Assembly: GCA_965214935.1 (NCBI GenBank)
Contig: CBDCCS010000018.1
Coordinates: 224,001 to 288,000 of the forward strand
DNA from: Candidatus Velthaea sp.
Lineage (GTDB): Bacteria > Vulcanimicrobiota > Vulcanimicrobiia > Vulcanimicrobiales > Vulcanimicrobiaceae
Reading direction: 5' to 3'
DNA: 64,000 nt
The position numbers and the translations under genes were made by a program. The notes under the pieces are model-generated. The model saw nothing but the letters and a program-made list of their open reading frames with translations, did no database searches and was not told the origin of the DNA. Of this stretch, positions 37,214 to 46,750 are shown in pieces. Within the stretch, counting starts at the first letter, position 1; every line of letters starts with the position of its first letter.

Positions 37214-39244
37214 ATGAACGCACGGGTTGACCACATCGAGCGCAAAGCGGGACTCGTAACGGCATTGCAGCAGCATGCGCGTTTTTTGAGCCTGCTGGCA
37301 TCGTCGGGTTTTGCGGTAGTTTTTATCGCCTTGATCGTTTCTGCTTTTTGGGCGGCCGGGACGATCGAGCGCGCGACCGAGCGTGCGGAGACGGCCGGCG
37401 CCATGAGCGAAGCGTATGCCAAGCTCACCCGCGAGCTGTGGTCGGAGAGCGCGCTCGTTCGCGATCACGGAACGGATGCGTCCGGATCGGGCATGTACGA
37501 ACTTCGTGCGATCGCCATTGCATTGGAAGCAACGGCTGCGACGATCGCCGCGAACGCCATGCCCGACGATCGGGTTTTGGTACGCAACGTGCTGGCGGAT
37601 CACGACCGCTACGTCGATTCGCTCATGACGCTTTTTTCATCGATCGACAATGAAGAGTCGGCGCCTTTGCAGCTCGTGAAGCGCCGGCGCTCCGGCGAAT
37701 TGTTTGCCGCAATCCAAGCGCGGATCGATGCGCGCGATCTCAAGTACCGGGAGCTTGCACGCCAGGCAATCGTCGATTTGCGAACCGCTGAAACGAGCGC
37801 AGCGCGCACGATCGTTTTGGTGTCGATTATCGGCGTGCTCGAATTGTTCGGCTGTTCGTTGTTTGTCGGGGCGTCGCGGCGCAAAGCGGAGCAGGCAAAA
37901 TCGCGTCAGCTCGTCGTTCTCGAGCGAACATCACGCACCGACAATCTTACGGGTCTCGGCAATCATCGCGCGTATCAGGAAACCCTCGAGCGCCTGTTGC
38001 AAGCGGCGCAGACGCAAGGCCGTTGCGTATCGCTCGTCCTCATCGACGTCGATAACTTTAAGATCGTGAACGACCGCATGGGTCACGTGCACGGCGATCG
38101 CGTGCTCGCGGCGCTCGGTGCATGGCTGCGCGAATTCGGCTGTGGTGAACTCGGTTTCCGTTTAGGCGGCGACGAGTTTGCGGTGATCTTTCCGGCCGGC
38201 GACGGAGTTGCGGCGGCCGCGCGCTTCGAGCGCATGCAGTCGGCTGCGGCCCGGCGTATGTACGGCGTTACCGTGAGCATGGGCATCGGTTGCAACGCCG
38301 GCGATGCGACGCTGAGCGCAACCTTGCTGCGGGCACGCGCCGACGCGGCACTCTACGCCGCGAAGGCCGCCGGCCGTAACCGTCTCGTCACCTATGACCC
38401 CGCGATGCACGAAGCTTCGGTCGTTACGCCGCAGAAGATCGCGGCGGTTCACGCGCTCATTAGCGATGCGGCGCTGGACATTTCGTTTCAGCCGATTTGG
38501 GATTTAGCGACGAGCCGGCCGTTCGGCTACGAAGCACTTTCGCGGCCGCGCAGCGAGTCGGGCTTGAGCGGACCCGATGAAGCTTTCAGCATTGCCGAAT
38601 CGCTCGGGCGCGCGCACGAACTCGACGCGGTCTGCGTCCGGCTCATCATCGCGGCGGCGGCGTCGCTGCCGCCGTCGGCATTACTGTTTCTCAACATTGC
38701 GCCCAAATCGTTTCATGCCCAATGGATCGCGGGGACGGCGTTCGCGGACACCGTGCGCGACGCCGGCTTGGCGCCCGAACGCATCGTGCTCGAACTACCC
38801 GAGCGCGCGATGCCGCGAATGGACGGCGTGCTGTGCGAGGCGAAGCGCCTGCAGTCGCTCGGCTTCAAACTTGCGCTCGACAATACGGGTTCCGGAAACG
38901 CCGCGCTCGAGATCCTGCAACAAATTCGATTCGATTACATCAAAATCGATCGCCGAACGATGGTTCAAGCCGTGGACGACCCGACGCGAGCCGCAATCGT
39001 GAAAGCGATCGTGTTGATCGCCCAAGCGATGAATGCGTACGTGATCGCCGAGGGAATCGATACCAGCGGACTACTCGAGTATGCAACCTCGGACGCCGTG
39101 CAATTATTACAAAGCGGCATTGCCGTTTCGGGCGTGCAGGGTTATCTCTTCATGCACCCGGCGCCGGCCCCGTGGGTAGATCTCGAACGGCTTCCGCAGC
39201 TGTTGCAGCAAGGCGAAGACCTGCATGCACCGGTCGCAAGTTAA
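37214..39244 (+). CDS. Membrane-bound GGDEF-EAL protein, probable diguanylate cyclase
   Basis: Two TM helices around a helical sensor; DVDNFKIVND, GHVHGD, LGGDEF, ADAALY; EAL domain with LDNTG instead of LDDFG. Confidence 0.92.
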   Translation: MNARVDHIERKAGLVTALQQHARFLSLLASSGFAVVFIALIVSAFWAAGTIERATERAETAGAMSEAYAKLTRELWSESALVRDHGTDASGSGMYELRAIAIALEATAATIAANAMPDDRVLVRNVLADHDRYVDSLMTLFSSIDNEESAPLQLVKRRRSGELFAAIQARIDARDLKYRELARQAIVDLRTAETSAARTIVLVSIIGVLELFGCSLFVGASRRKAEQAKSRQLVVLERTSRTDNLTGLGNHRAYQETLERLLQAAQTQGRCVSLVLIDVDNFKIVNDRMGHVHGDRVLAALGAWLREFGCGELGFRLGGDEFAVIFPAGDGVAAAARFERMQSAAARRMYGVTVSMGIGCNAGDATLSATLLRARADAALYAAKAAGRNRLVTYDPAMHEASVVTPQKIAAVHALISDAALDISFQPIWDLATSRPFGYEALSRPRSESGLSGPDEAFSIAESLGRAHELDAVCVRLIIAAAASLPPSALLFLNIAPKSFHAQWIAGTAFADTVRDAGLAPERIVLELPERAMPRMDGVLCEAKRLQSLGFKLALDNTGSGNAALEILQQIRFDYIKIDRRTMVQAVDDPTRAAIVKAIVLIAQAMNAYVIAEGIDTSGLLEYATSDAVQLLQSGIAVSGVQGYLFMHPAPAPWVDLERLPQLLQQGEDLHAPVAS

Positions 39245-41733
39245 TTTGCAACGATGTTGAGCAACTTGCCCGGCACGAAGATACGTTTACGAATGGTTTT
39301 GCCGGCAAGTTGCGCGGCCACCGGCGGCTCGGCACTTGCCAGGGCGAAGGCCGCCGTTTCGCCGATATCGGGCGTCGTCTCGACCCGAGCGCGCACTTTA
39401 CCATTGACTTGAACGACCAGGGTGATCGTCGAAACGGCCAGCGCAGCGGGATCGGCATCGAGCCAGCGCTCGAGATGCACCGAGCGCTTGTGACCCAATC
39501 TAGCCCAGAGTTCGTCCGCCAGATGCGGAGCAAACGGCGCTAGCAGTATCGGTAGAACGGCAATGCAATACAGAACCGCCGGGTCTCGCGCACCGGCCGC
39601 ATCGCGCGTTGCAACGGTCAACAAATTCACGAGCTCGTCTAAACGCGCGGTCGTCGTATTGAAGTGAAAACGCTTGGTCTGCATCTCGTCGCTGCCGGAT
39701 TTGAGTGCAACGTGCACGGCACGCACGAGTTGACGCTGCGCATCGCCGTGCATCTCAGGCAGCGTTCGCGTCGACACGGCGCCGGCGGCAGCCGTCAACG
39801 GTTCACATGCACGCCAGACCCGCGCGATGAATCGCACCCGTCCGACGATTCCTTCGTCGGTCCATTCCAGGGAGTCTTCGGGCGGAGCAGCTTTGAGCAA
39901 AAACAAGCGCATCGCATCGACGCCGTACGTGTCGACGGTCTCATCGATGCCGACCACGTTTCCGCGGCTCTTCGACATTTTCTCACCGTTGCGCAGCAAG
40001 GTGCCCTGATTGAACAGTCGCGTGAACGGCTCGTCGTCGCCGCTTAGATAGCCTTGATCGATCATGAACTTATAGAAGAATCGGGCATACAACAGGTGCA
40101 TCACCGCGTGCTCGGCTCCGCCGATATATTGATCGACTGGAAGCCACGCCGAGACTTTGTCGCTCGCGAACGGTTGCTGCGTATTATGCGGATCGAGATA
40201 GCGCACGTAATACCACGAAGAATCGAAAAACGTATCCATCGTATCGACATCGCGCTTCGCCGGACCGCCGCATGTGGGACACGTGGTATTTACGAAATCG
40301 GGATCGCGCGCAAGCGGCGAACCTTGGCCGGTGATTTCCACTTCGGGCGGCAGCACGACGGGCAGCGCATTATCGGGAACCATGACTTCACCGTCGAGCG
40401 GACAGTAAATCATGGGAATCGGCGTCCCCCAATAGCGTTGACGCGAAATCAACCAGTCGCGGAAGCGGAAATTCACCGTCGTCGTGCCCAGGCCGGCGCG
40501 TTCGAGTTTGCTTGCGATTGAATGCCGTGCATTTTCGGACGTCATGCCGGAAAACTCGGCGCTTGCAATGAGTGTACCGTCGTCGACGAAGGCTGCGCTC
40601 AGCGGTTCGTCGACCGTTTGGCCGTGAGCGGCTACCACCTGGGCAACGGGCAAACCATGCTTGTGGGCGAATTCAAAGTCGCGTTCGTCATGCGCCGGAA
40701 CGCCCATGACGGCACCGGTGCCGTAGTCCGCGAGTACGTAGTTTGTGATCCAAATTGGGACTTTCTCACGCGAGAGCGGATTAATGGCATATGCGCCCGA
40801 GAAAATTCCGGTCTTGACCATGAGCTGCGTGCGTTCAAGTTCGGACTTCGTGAATAAGTCCGCGGCGAACGCTTCGATCTGCGAGCGGCGCTCCGGTCGT
40901 GCGTCGAGCAGCGCCGGAACGAGCGGATGTTCGGCGGCCAGCGCGACGAACGTTACGCCGTAGATCGTATCGACGCGCGTCGTATAGACGTCGATCTTCG
41001 CTTCGAGATGTTCGACGTCGAATGAAAAGGTAACGCCTTCGCTGCGTCCGATCCAATTGCGCTGCATCGTTTTAATGCGCGCGGGCCAACCGTCGAGCCG
41101 TTCGATCCCGGTCAGTAACCGATCAGCGTAGGCCGTTATTTTCAAGAACCACTGCGAAAGATTTCGCCGTTCGACGATACTGCCGCAGCGCCAGCAGGCG
41201 CCGTCGACGACCTGTTCGTTGGCGAGAACGGTTTGATCGACCGGACACCAGTTGACCGGTGCTTCCCGTTTATAGGCCAGGCCGCGCTCGTACATTCGTA
41301 GGAAGAACCACTGATTCCAGCGGTAGTACTCGGGATCGCACGTTGCGAATTCGCGCGACCAATCGTAACCCGTGCCCATGAGCCGGATCTGGCGCTGCAT
41401 GTTTGCAATGTTGGATCGCGTCCAGGTTTGCGGCGCGATGTGCCGAGCGATTGCCGCGTTTTCAGCCGGTAAGCCGAACGCGTCCCAGCCCATCGGATGG
41501 ACGACATTGTAGCCGCGCATGCGCATCATGCGTGCTACCGCATCGCCCAGCGTGTAATTCTTAGCATGTCCGACGTGCAGATCGCCCGAGGGATAGGGCA
41601 GCATCTCGAGCACGTAATACTTGGGCCGCGGGTCGGCATCGTCGGCCCGGTAGATGCCGTCGATCTCCCAGCGATCCTGCCAGCGCCGCTCGGCGGAATG
41701 GAAATCGTATGGCGTCGAGCGCTCGTCGGACAT
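39241..41733 (-). CDS. leuS: Leucine--tRNA ligase
   Basis: PYPSGDLHVGH, GWDAFGLPAENAA, SRQRYWG, KMSKS, VQVNGKVR. Confidence 0.98.
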   Translation of the reverse strand: MSDERSTPYDFHSAERRWQDRWEIDGIYRADDADPRPKYYVLEMLPYPSGDLHVGHAKNYTLGDAVARMMRMRGYNVVHPMGWDAFGLPAENAAIARHIAPQTWTRSNIANMQRQIRLMGTGYDWSREFATCDPEYYRWNQWFFLRMYERGLAYKREAPVNWCPVDQTVLANEQVVDGACWRCGSIVERRNLSQWFLKITAYADRLLTGIERLDGWPARIKTMQRNWIGRSEGVTFSFDVEHLEAKIDVYTTRVDTIYGVTFVALAAEHPLVPALLDARPERRSQIEAFAADLFTKSELERTQLMVKTGIFSGAYAINPLSREKVPIWITNYVLADYGTGAVMGVPAHDERDFEFAHKHGLPVAQVVAAHGQTVDEPLSAAFVDDGTLIASAEFSGMTSENARHSIASKLERAGLGTTTVNFRFRDWLISRQRYWGTPIPMIYCPLDGEVMVPDNALPVVLPPEVEITGQGSPLARDPDFVNTTCPTCGGPAKRDVDTMDTFFDSSWYYVRYLDPHNTQQPFASDKVSAWLPVDQYIGGAEHAVMHLLYARFFYKFMIDQGYLSGDDEPFTRLFNQGTLLRNGEKMSKSRGNVVGIDETVDTYGVDAMRLFLLKAAPPEDSLEWTDEGIVGRVRFIARVWRACEPLTAAAGAVSTRTLPEMHGDAQRQLVRAVHVALKSGSDEMQTKRFHFNTTTARLDELVNLLTVATRDAAGARDPAVLYCIAVLPILLAPFAPHLADELWARLGHKRSVHLERWLDADPAALAVSTITLVVQVNGKVRARVETTPDIGETAAFALASAEPPVAAQLAGKTIRKRIFVPGKLLNIVAN

Positions 41734-41806
41734 CCCGTGTCTTACCGTGTGCAAATCGTCCGAACCCCTTCGTTGCCGGAGCGCTGCAAGGCGTGATCGC
41801 GCAGCG

Positions 41807-42463
41807 ATGAAATACGTTTTTGCCGCGCTTGCCGTCATCGCGGCCGTTGTTGCGCTCTACATTCACCCGCCGGCGTTTCATGCCGCCGGGCAACCCGCAG
41901 ACGTTACAACGCCGAGCGGGATCCGCACCGGCGCACCGGTCGAGAGCGGTCGCGCGCCGGCTCCGATAGCTCGGTTCGTCGTCGTCTACGTCGCGGGTGC
42001 GGTTCGCACGCCGGGCGTTTACCGCCTGGCGTCTACCGGTCGCGCCATCGATGCGCTGGCCCGAGCCGGCGGCGCTCGACCGGATGCCGATTTGGTTGCC
42101 GTGAACCTTGCCGAACCGCTCGTCGACGGCGCCGAGATCGCGGTGCCCAAGCTTGGCGATCATTCGGCACGTGCAGCACGCGTCCGCGTCCCGCACCGGG
42201 CGCACGGCAAGCGGCGGCACCATGTCCTTTCGCGCGCGGCGAAGGACACGCCGGACGCTTCACCGGTTGCGCCGATCGATCTCAATGTCGCAACGCCGGC
42301 AATGCTCGAGGACGTGCCCGGCATCGGACCGGGCATTGCCGCGCGGATCGTCGCTTATCGCGAGCTCAATGGGCCGTTCGCGAGCGTCGATGAGCTGGCG
42401 GATGTTGCCGGAATTACGCCGCGACTTCAAGACGCATTAGCTGCCGCCGTCGTCATCCGTTGA
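41807..42463 (+). CDS. comEA: Competence DNA-binding protein ComEA
   Basis: N-terminal TM, SLBB domain (VYVAGAVRTPGVY, VNLA), HhH (IDLN...VPGIGPGIAARIVAYRELNGPF). Confidence 0.93.
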   Translation: MKYVFAALAVIAAVVALYIHPPAFHAAGQPADVTTPSGIRTGAPVESGRAPAPIARFVVVYVAGAVRTPGVYRLASTGRAIDALARAGGARPDADLVAVNLAEPLVDGAEIAVPKLGDHSARAARVRVPHRAHGKRRHHVLSRAAKDTPDASPVAPIDLNVATPAMLEDVPGIGPGIAARIVAYRELNGPFASVDELADVAGITPRLQDALAAAVVIR

Positions 42464-42466
42464 AAA

Positions 42467-42492
42467 CGGCCCCGGCGTTGCCGCCGGGACCG
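42467..42492. terminator. Hairpin between convergent comEA and TPM genes
   Basis: CGGCCCCGGCG-ttgc-CGCCGGGACCG (one mismatch). Confidence 0.5.
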
Positions 42493-42512
42493 CTCAGTGC
42501 CGAGAATCGCGG

Positions 42513-43511
42513 CTACCAGCCGCCGCCGCTATCATCGCCGCCGCCGAAATCACCGCCGCCGCCGCCACCGCCGAAGTCGCCGCCGCCACCGCCGCCGCCG
42601 CCGTCACCCCAGCCGCCGAAGCTTGCATTGCCCATATCGGCTTGGCCGGCATCGCCTTGAAAGCCGCTGGCATCCCCCGTCGACTGACCCTGATCGACGA
42701 AGCCGGCCTGGTTGCCGCCGAAATCATCGCGCCGGCCGCCGCCGAAGAGTTCGTTGCCGAGGAACGCTCCGCCTAAGCCGCCCATCAAGCCGCTCCAAAA
42801 TCCGCCGCCCCCACCGCCGTAGCCGCCGCCATAACCCGGGCCATAACCGCCGCCCATCATGGGGCCGCCGCCGCCGTAGCCGGCACCGGGCGGCATCATG
42901 CGCGGCCCGGCCATCGCGCGAAAGATACCGCGAATCACAAAGAAGATGATCGCCAGAACGATCAAGATGCCGATAAAGCCCATGTTGAAGAACCCTGCCT
43001 GACTGGAGCGGACTTCGCCGCCCCCGACGGGTGCATATGACGCTTTCTGATGTGTCAGCGCACCGAGGTGACTACGGTAAAACGACAGCGACAGATCGAC
43101 GCCTTCATTGATTCCGCCGTTATAATCGCCCGAATTGAAGCCGCTTTTGATCGCCGTTCGTATAGCCGACGTCGTCGACGGCGGAAAGAACGAACTCGAG
43201 ACGCGATCAGGAACGACGCCGATCGTCTTCGGTGATTTCGCGATGAAAATCAGAACGCCGTTCACCTGCTGCTTCGCGAACACGGCCTCGGCGGCGGCTT
43301 GCGGCGTGCCGTCGACGGTCGTCTCGGTGTCGACAAAGACCTCTTTATGCGCCGTTGCGGCGAAATCCGAAACTTTGGCGTTTATCGACGAAATTGCGGC
43401 CGCGGAAAACAGATGCGCGTTGTCGGCGACATACGAATCTCGCGCGAACGCAGGCAGCGCGGTCGTTCCAAGCGCGAGGGTCAGCGCGGCAATTGCAGGG
43501 ACGGTTTTCAT
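42513..43511 (-). CDS. TPM-domain membrane protein with Gly-rich C-terminal tail
   Basis: Signal peptide, YVADNAHLFS, NGVLIFIA, FNSGDYNGGI, one TM helix, GGGDFGGG tail. GGAGG RBS. Confidence 0.88.
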   Translation of the reverse strand: MKTVPAIAALTLALGTTALPAFARDSYVADNAHLFSAAAISSINAKVSDFAATAHKEVFVDTETTVDGTPQAAAEAVFAKQQVNGVLIFIAKSPKTIGVVPDRVSSSFFPPSTTSAIRTAIKSGFNSGDYNGGINEGVDLSLSFYRSHLGALTHQKASYAPVGGGEVRSSQAGFFNMGFIGILIVLAIIFFVIRGIFRAMAGPRMMPPGAGYGGGGPMMGGGYGPGYGGGYGGGGGGFWSGLMGGLGGAFLGNELFGGGRRDDFGGNQAGFVDQGQSTGDASGFQGDAGQADMGNASFGGWGDGGGGGGGGDFGGGGGGGDFGGGDDSGGGW

Positions 43512-43561
43512 GGTGGTGCGGGTCCTCCGGTTTGTACTACCATACCCCGCAACCCGGTGTT

Positions 43562-43696
43562 TCAGTGCAATGCGAGAAGGGTGACGGCTCCGACGGACCC
43601 CAGCACGAAAATGGCGATGAACACCCAAACAAAGGCTTTGAGCCAGAACTGCCGAGTGCGCGCCTGACCTCGGGGCGAGCGGACGCGCTGCTTCAC
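43562..43696 (-). CDS. 44-aa single-pass membrane microprotein
   Basis: My translation: MKQRVRSPRGQARTRQFWLKAFVWVFIAIFVLGSVGAVTLLALH. GTG overlaps the rsfS stop (GTGA). Confidence 0.7.
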   Translation of the reverse strand: MKQRVRSPRGQARTRQFWLKAFVWVFIAIFVLGSVGAVTLLALH

Positions 43697-44103
43697 GATG
43701 ATTGCGCTCGCGCCTCAACCGGCCGGCCCCAGAGCCGCTCGAGGTTGTAAAACTGACGTTGATCGGGCGTGAAGACGTGGACGATCACGTGGCCTAAATC
43801 GATGAGAATCCAACCGCCGTCATTGTAGCCCTCGGTCCGTGCGACCGGAAAACCATTGGCGCGAGCCGCCTCGGTAACGGCGTCGGCGATCGAACGGGTC
43901 TGAATCTTCGAGCGGCCGGTCACGATAACGAATGAATCCGCGACGATCGTGCGTCCCTCAAGATCGATGATCGTGATGTCTTCGCCCTTTTTGTCGTCGG
44001 CGGCGGTCTGAACGGTAGCAAGCAAATCCGGCAGTGTCGGCCCTTTCTCAATGGGTGCGCCGCGAAGGTGCGGGTTACAATCGTTCGAGATATCCGGCCT
44101 CAA
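43693..44103 (-). CDS. rsfS: Ribosome silencing factor
   Basis: DDKKGEDI, FVIVTGRS, WILIDLG, VHVF, RQFYNLERLW. True start may lie about 20 codons downstream. Confidence 0.95.
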   Translation of the reverse strand: MRPDISNDCNPHLRGAPIEKGPTLPDLLATVQTAADDKKGEDITIIDLEGRTIVADSFVIVTGRSKIQTRSIADAVTEAARANGFPVARTEGYNDGGWILIDLGHVIVHVFTPDQRQFYNLERLWGRPVEARAQSS

Positions 44104-44666
44104 ACACTCGCGGCCGGCCGGGCAAACGCCTCACGCGTCGCGAGCGTGTGCGGCGCGACCGGCAATCGGCGGCGTTCTAGATAGCGAATTGTCGAGCTCA
44201 GAACGTCGCGCATTGCGACGTGCAGATCCCGGAACGCCGTCGCGGCAATTTCCGCACGCTCGGCAAACTCGCGGCCCGGTTCGAGTGCGTCGGCCAGATA
44301 CACGATGACGTCGAGCCGGCTCATCGGCAGCACCGGAATCGTATGCTGACGGATCGCCGACAAAATCGCCTCATCGGTAATGCCGAACCGTTCGCGGACC
44401 AGTTCGGCGCCCAAGCGCGCGTGCAACACGATCGGATTCGCCCGTTCGAATGCGTCGATCGGCAGCGAGCGTACGATGCACTCATCGATTAGCTGTCGAC
44501 CGCTATAGAGGCGCGCAACGTCATGGAAAAGTCCGGCTAGCCGTGCTTTGAACGAATCTTCGCCGTGCGCGGACGCAAGCCGCTCGGCGAAGCGCGCCAC
44601 CCGGATAACGTGGGCGAACCGATACTCCTGGGCAAGACCGGAGCGAACGGCGGCCACGGCACGCAC
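44100..44666 (-). CDS. yqeK: HD-domain Ap4A hydrolase
   Basis: RFAH, GLFHD, LHARLGA, AIRQHT, YLADALEPGR; sits directly upstream of rsfS. Confidence 0.92.
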   Translation of the reverse strand: MRAVAAVRSGLAQEYRFAHVIRVARFAERLASAHGEDSFKARLAGLFHDVARLYSGRQLIDECIVRSLPIDAFERANPIVLHARLGAELVRERFGITDEAILSAIRQHTIPVLPMSRLDVIVYLADALEPGREFAERAEIAATAFRDLHVAMRDVLSSTIRYLERRRLPVAPHTLATREAFARPAASV

Positions 44667-44707
44667 GAAACTCCGTCCGTCAGTTGGTTGCGAAACGCCC
44701 GCCGGAT

Positions 44708-45283
44708 TCAGCGCGAATCGGCGGCGTTATCGCGCGCCAAGGCATCTTTAAGTACGGCCAGCCGGCTCGCATACAGTGGTCCGCGCAGGTTTCCGGCCCA
44801 CATGACAAGCGCGTTTTCATTGTTGTCGCTGTAATAGCCGCGTCGCGTCGACACCGTCGTAAAGCCGTATTTGCGATAGAGCCGCTGTGCGACTTCATTG
44901 CTTTCGCGCACCTCGAGGGTGATCCACGATGCGCGCGCGGCGATCGCCTGATCGAGCAAATGAATGAGCATCTCTTCGCCCAGTTTGCGTCCACGGTAAT
45001 TCGGATGCACGGCGATCGTGGTCACGTGCGAATCTTCGAGTATCACCCAGATCCCGCCGTATGCGACGATTTCCCCCTCGATGCGTCCGACAAAGTAATG
45101 CGCCAGCTTATTGTCCCGAATCTCGTTGACGAAAGCGTTTTGCGGCCAGGACGATGTAAATGACAGCCCTTCGATCGACAGTACCGCGGCAATGTCGGCG
45201 GCGTTCATTTCGGCGATCTCGAGCCGGCGCGGGCGACCGTGGCCCGGCGGCTCAAGCTCGGCTTTAATGATCGGGCCGGTCAT
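44708..45283 (-). CDS. rimI: Ribosomal-protein alanine N-acetyltransferase
   Basis: HVTTIAVHP, RGRKLG, TLEVRESN, LYRKYGF, RRGYY, ENALVM. Confidence 0.93.
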   Translation of the reverse strand: MTGPIIKAELEPPGHGRPRRLEIAEMNAADIAAVLSIEGLSFTSSWPQNAFVNEIRDNKLAHYFVGRIEGEIVAYGGIWVILEDSHVTTIAVHPNYRGRKLGEEMLIHLLDQAIAARASWITLEVRESNEVAQRLYRKYGFTTVSTRRGYYSDNNENALVMWAGNLRGPLYASRLAVLKDALARDNAADSR

Positions 45284-45314
45284 GACGGCAAAGATGAAGT
45301 CTCACAGGTTACTC

Positions 45315-45995
45315 TCATGCGCCGCTAAGCGGTCGAATCGTACGGGCTTTCGGTACAGTTACTGCAGGTAATTCGCCGTAATCCGGTTTGATCGCGTGAA
45401 GATTCACCGGCTGCCGGAAGCGAGCGAGCTGCGCGATAACGATGGCCGGATTTTCAGCAGCTCTCGTTATGAGACGCCGAACGTTTTGACGGCGTTCGGC
45501 GATGAACGAAAGAACGTCCTCCGTGTTCGCAGCGACCGTCAACGTCTGCGCCGGCGGGACTCGGGCGATCAGCTCCTCGCAGACCGTCGACGTTACGCCG
45601 CATGCCGTTTGCTGCGCGCCGCCGGCTACCGTTAGCCGGGCGCAGATGACACCCGGCCGTCCGGCGACCGCTGCTAGGACCGGCAACGGCGTATCGGGCG
45701 GCGCCAAGACGTCGTATGATGAAATGCCGACCAGCGGGACATTCGCCCCATACGCTAGACTCTTCGCGAACGACAGCACGATTCGAACGCCGGTGAACGA
45801 GCCGGGTCCGGTACCGACTGCAATACAATCCAGAGCAGCGAGGCGAAGGCCCGCCGAGTCGAGTAACCGGGCAATTCGCGCGATGCCCGTTTCGAGCGCG
45901 TCGTTGCTCGCCGAACGCTCCGCAACGACCCGCTCGTCGATGGCCAGCGCCGCGGAAAAATAGCCGAGCGCTGCGTCGAGGGCGAGAATCTTCAC
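45315..45995 (-). CDS. tsaB: tRNA t6A biosynthesis protein TsaB
   Basis: KILALD, VGTGPGSFTGVRI, C-terminal P-x-Y. GTG overlaps the tsaE stop. Confidence 0.92.
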   Translation of the reverse strand: MKILALDAALGYFSAALAIDERVVAERSASNDALETGIARIARLLDSAGLRLAALDCIAVGTGPGSFTGVRIVLSFAKSLAYGANVPLVGISSYDVLAPPDTPLPVLAAVAGRPGVICARLTVAGGAQQTACGVTSTVCEELIARVPPAQTLTVAANTEDVLSFIAERRQNVRRLITRAAENPAIVIAQLARFRQPVNLHAIKPDYGELPAVTVPKARTIRPLSGA

Positions 45996-46408
45996 GAGCC
46001 TCGCACGACGATCGTCCGCGGCCCCGACCCGCTGCCGGTAATGTCTAAGGCGATGGCGCCCGGCGGAAGAATCGAGGGCGCACGCTCGGCCCATTCGACG
46101 AAGGTAATCCGGTCCGGGCCAAAGGCGTCGTCGAGGCCGAGTTCGTCGAGTTCGGCCGGATCTTCCAGCCGGAAAAGATCGATATGTTCGATCAACGGCG
46201 TTCCGTCGTAGCTCTGCCGGAAGACGAACGTGGGCGACGTTACCGCGGCGTCGCTGCCGTGCAATCGGCGCAAAAGCGCGCGGACCAGCGCCGTTTTTCC
46301 GGCGCCGAGCAAGCCGTGCAGCGCAACTGCCGACCCGGGCCGTAACTCGCGAGCGAAGGCATCGGCGAAAGCGTCGAGCGCGCGCAGGTCGGGTACCGCT
46401 ATCTCCAT
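45992..46408 (-). CDS. tsaE: tRNA t6A biosynthesis ATPase TsaE
   Basis: GLLGAGKT, VTSPTF, HIDLFRL, FVEWAE. Confidence 0.95.
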   Translation of the reverse strand: MEIAVPDLRALDAFADAFARELRPGSAVALHGLLGAGKTALVRALLRRLHGSDAAVTSPTFVFRQSYDGTPLIEHIDLFRLEDPAELDELGLDDAFGPDRITFVEWAERAPSILPPGAIALDITGSGSGPRTIVVRGS

Positions 46409-46451
46409 GCGCTTAGAAGATACACCATACGCAAACACGAACATTTCGACG

Positions 46452-46691
46452 ATGTTTCTGCGCATGAGCGACGTTCTCGTCGGAGTCATCGCGGGGGCGG
46501 TTTGTTCCGTTCTCGCCGCCGGTTTCGAGGCGATCATCGTCACGTTGCGTTTTTTTTCCGTCGGACACCTCGGCGGCGGCATCGGCAGTAAGTTTCTGCT
46601 CATTGCGGTGCTCGGTGCCGTCGTCGGCGGTAGCGTCGGCTTCATCGTGGGCGCACTGGTGCGGCCGCGCGAACCCGGTCCCGTTCGTTAA
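46452..46691 (+). CDS. Small 2-TM hypothetical protein
   Basis: Two Gly-rich hydrophobic segments (GVIAGAVC; LGAVVGGSVGFIVG) directly upstream of gyrA. Confidence 0.65.
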   Translation: MFLRMSDVLVGVIAGAVCSVLAAGFEAIIVTLRFFSVGHLGGGIGSKFLLIAVLGAVVGGSVGFIVGALVRPREPGPVR

Positions 46692-46750
46692 CGTCGCTGT
46701 GTTAATACGCGCCGGCCTGCGGCGTCATCGGAAAGAGTTGTGTTCCGGCT

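Noticed and set aside
42460..42949. Pro-rich (SPPPPK, extensin-like) and Arg-rich plus-strand ORFs
   Set aside because: They are the reverse complement of the GGC-rich tail of the TPM gene
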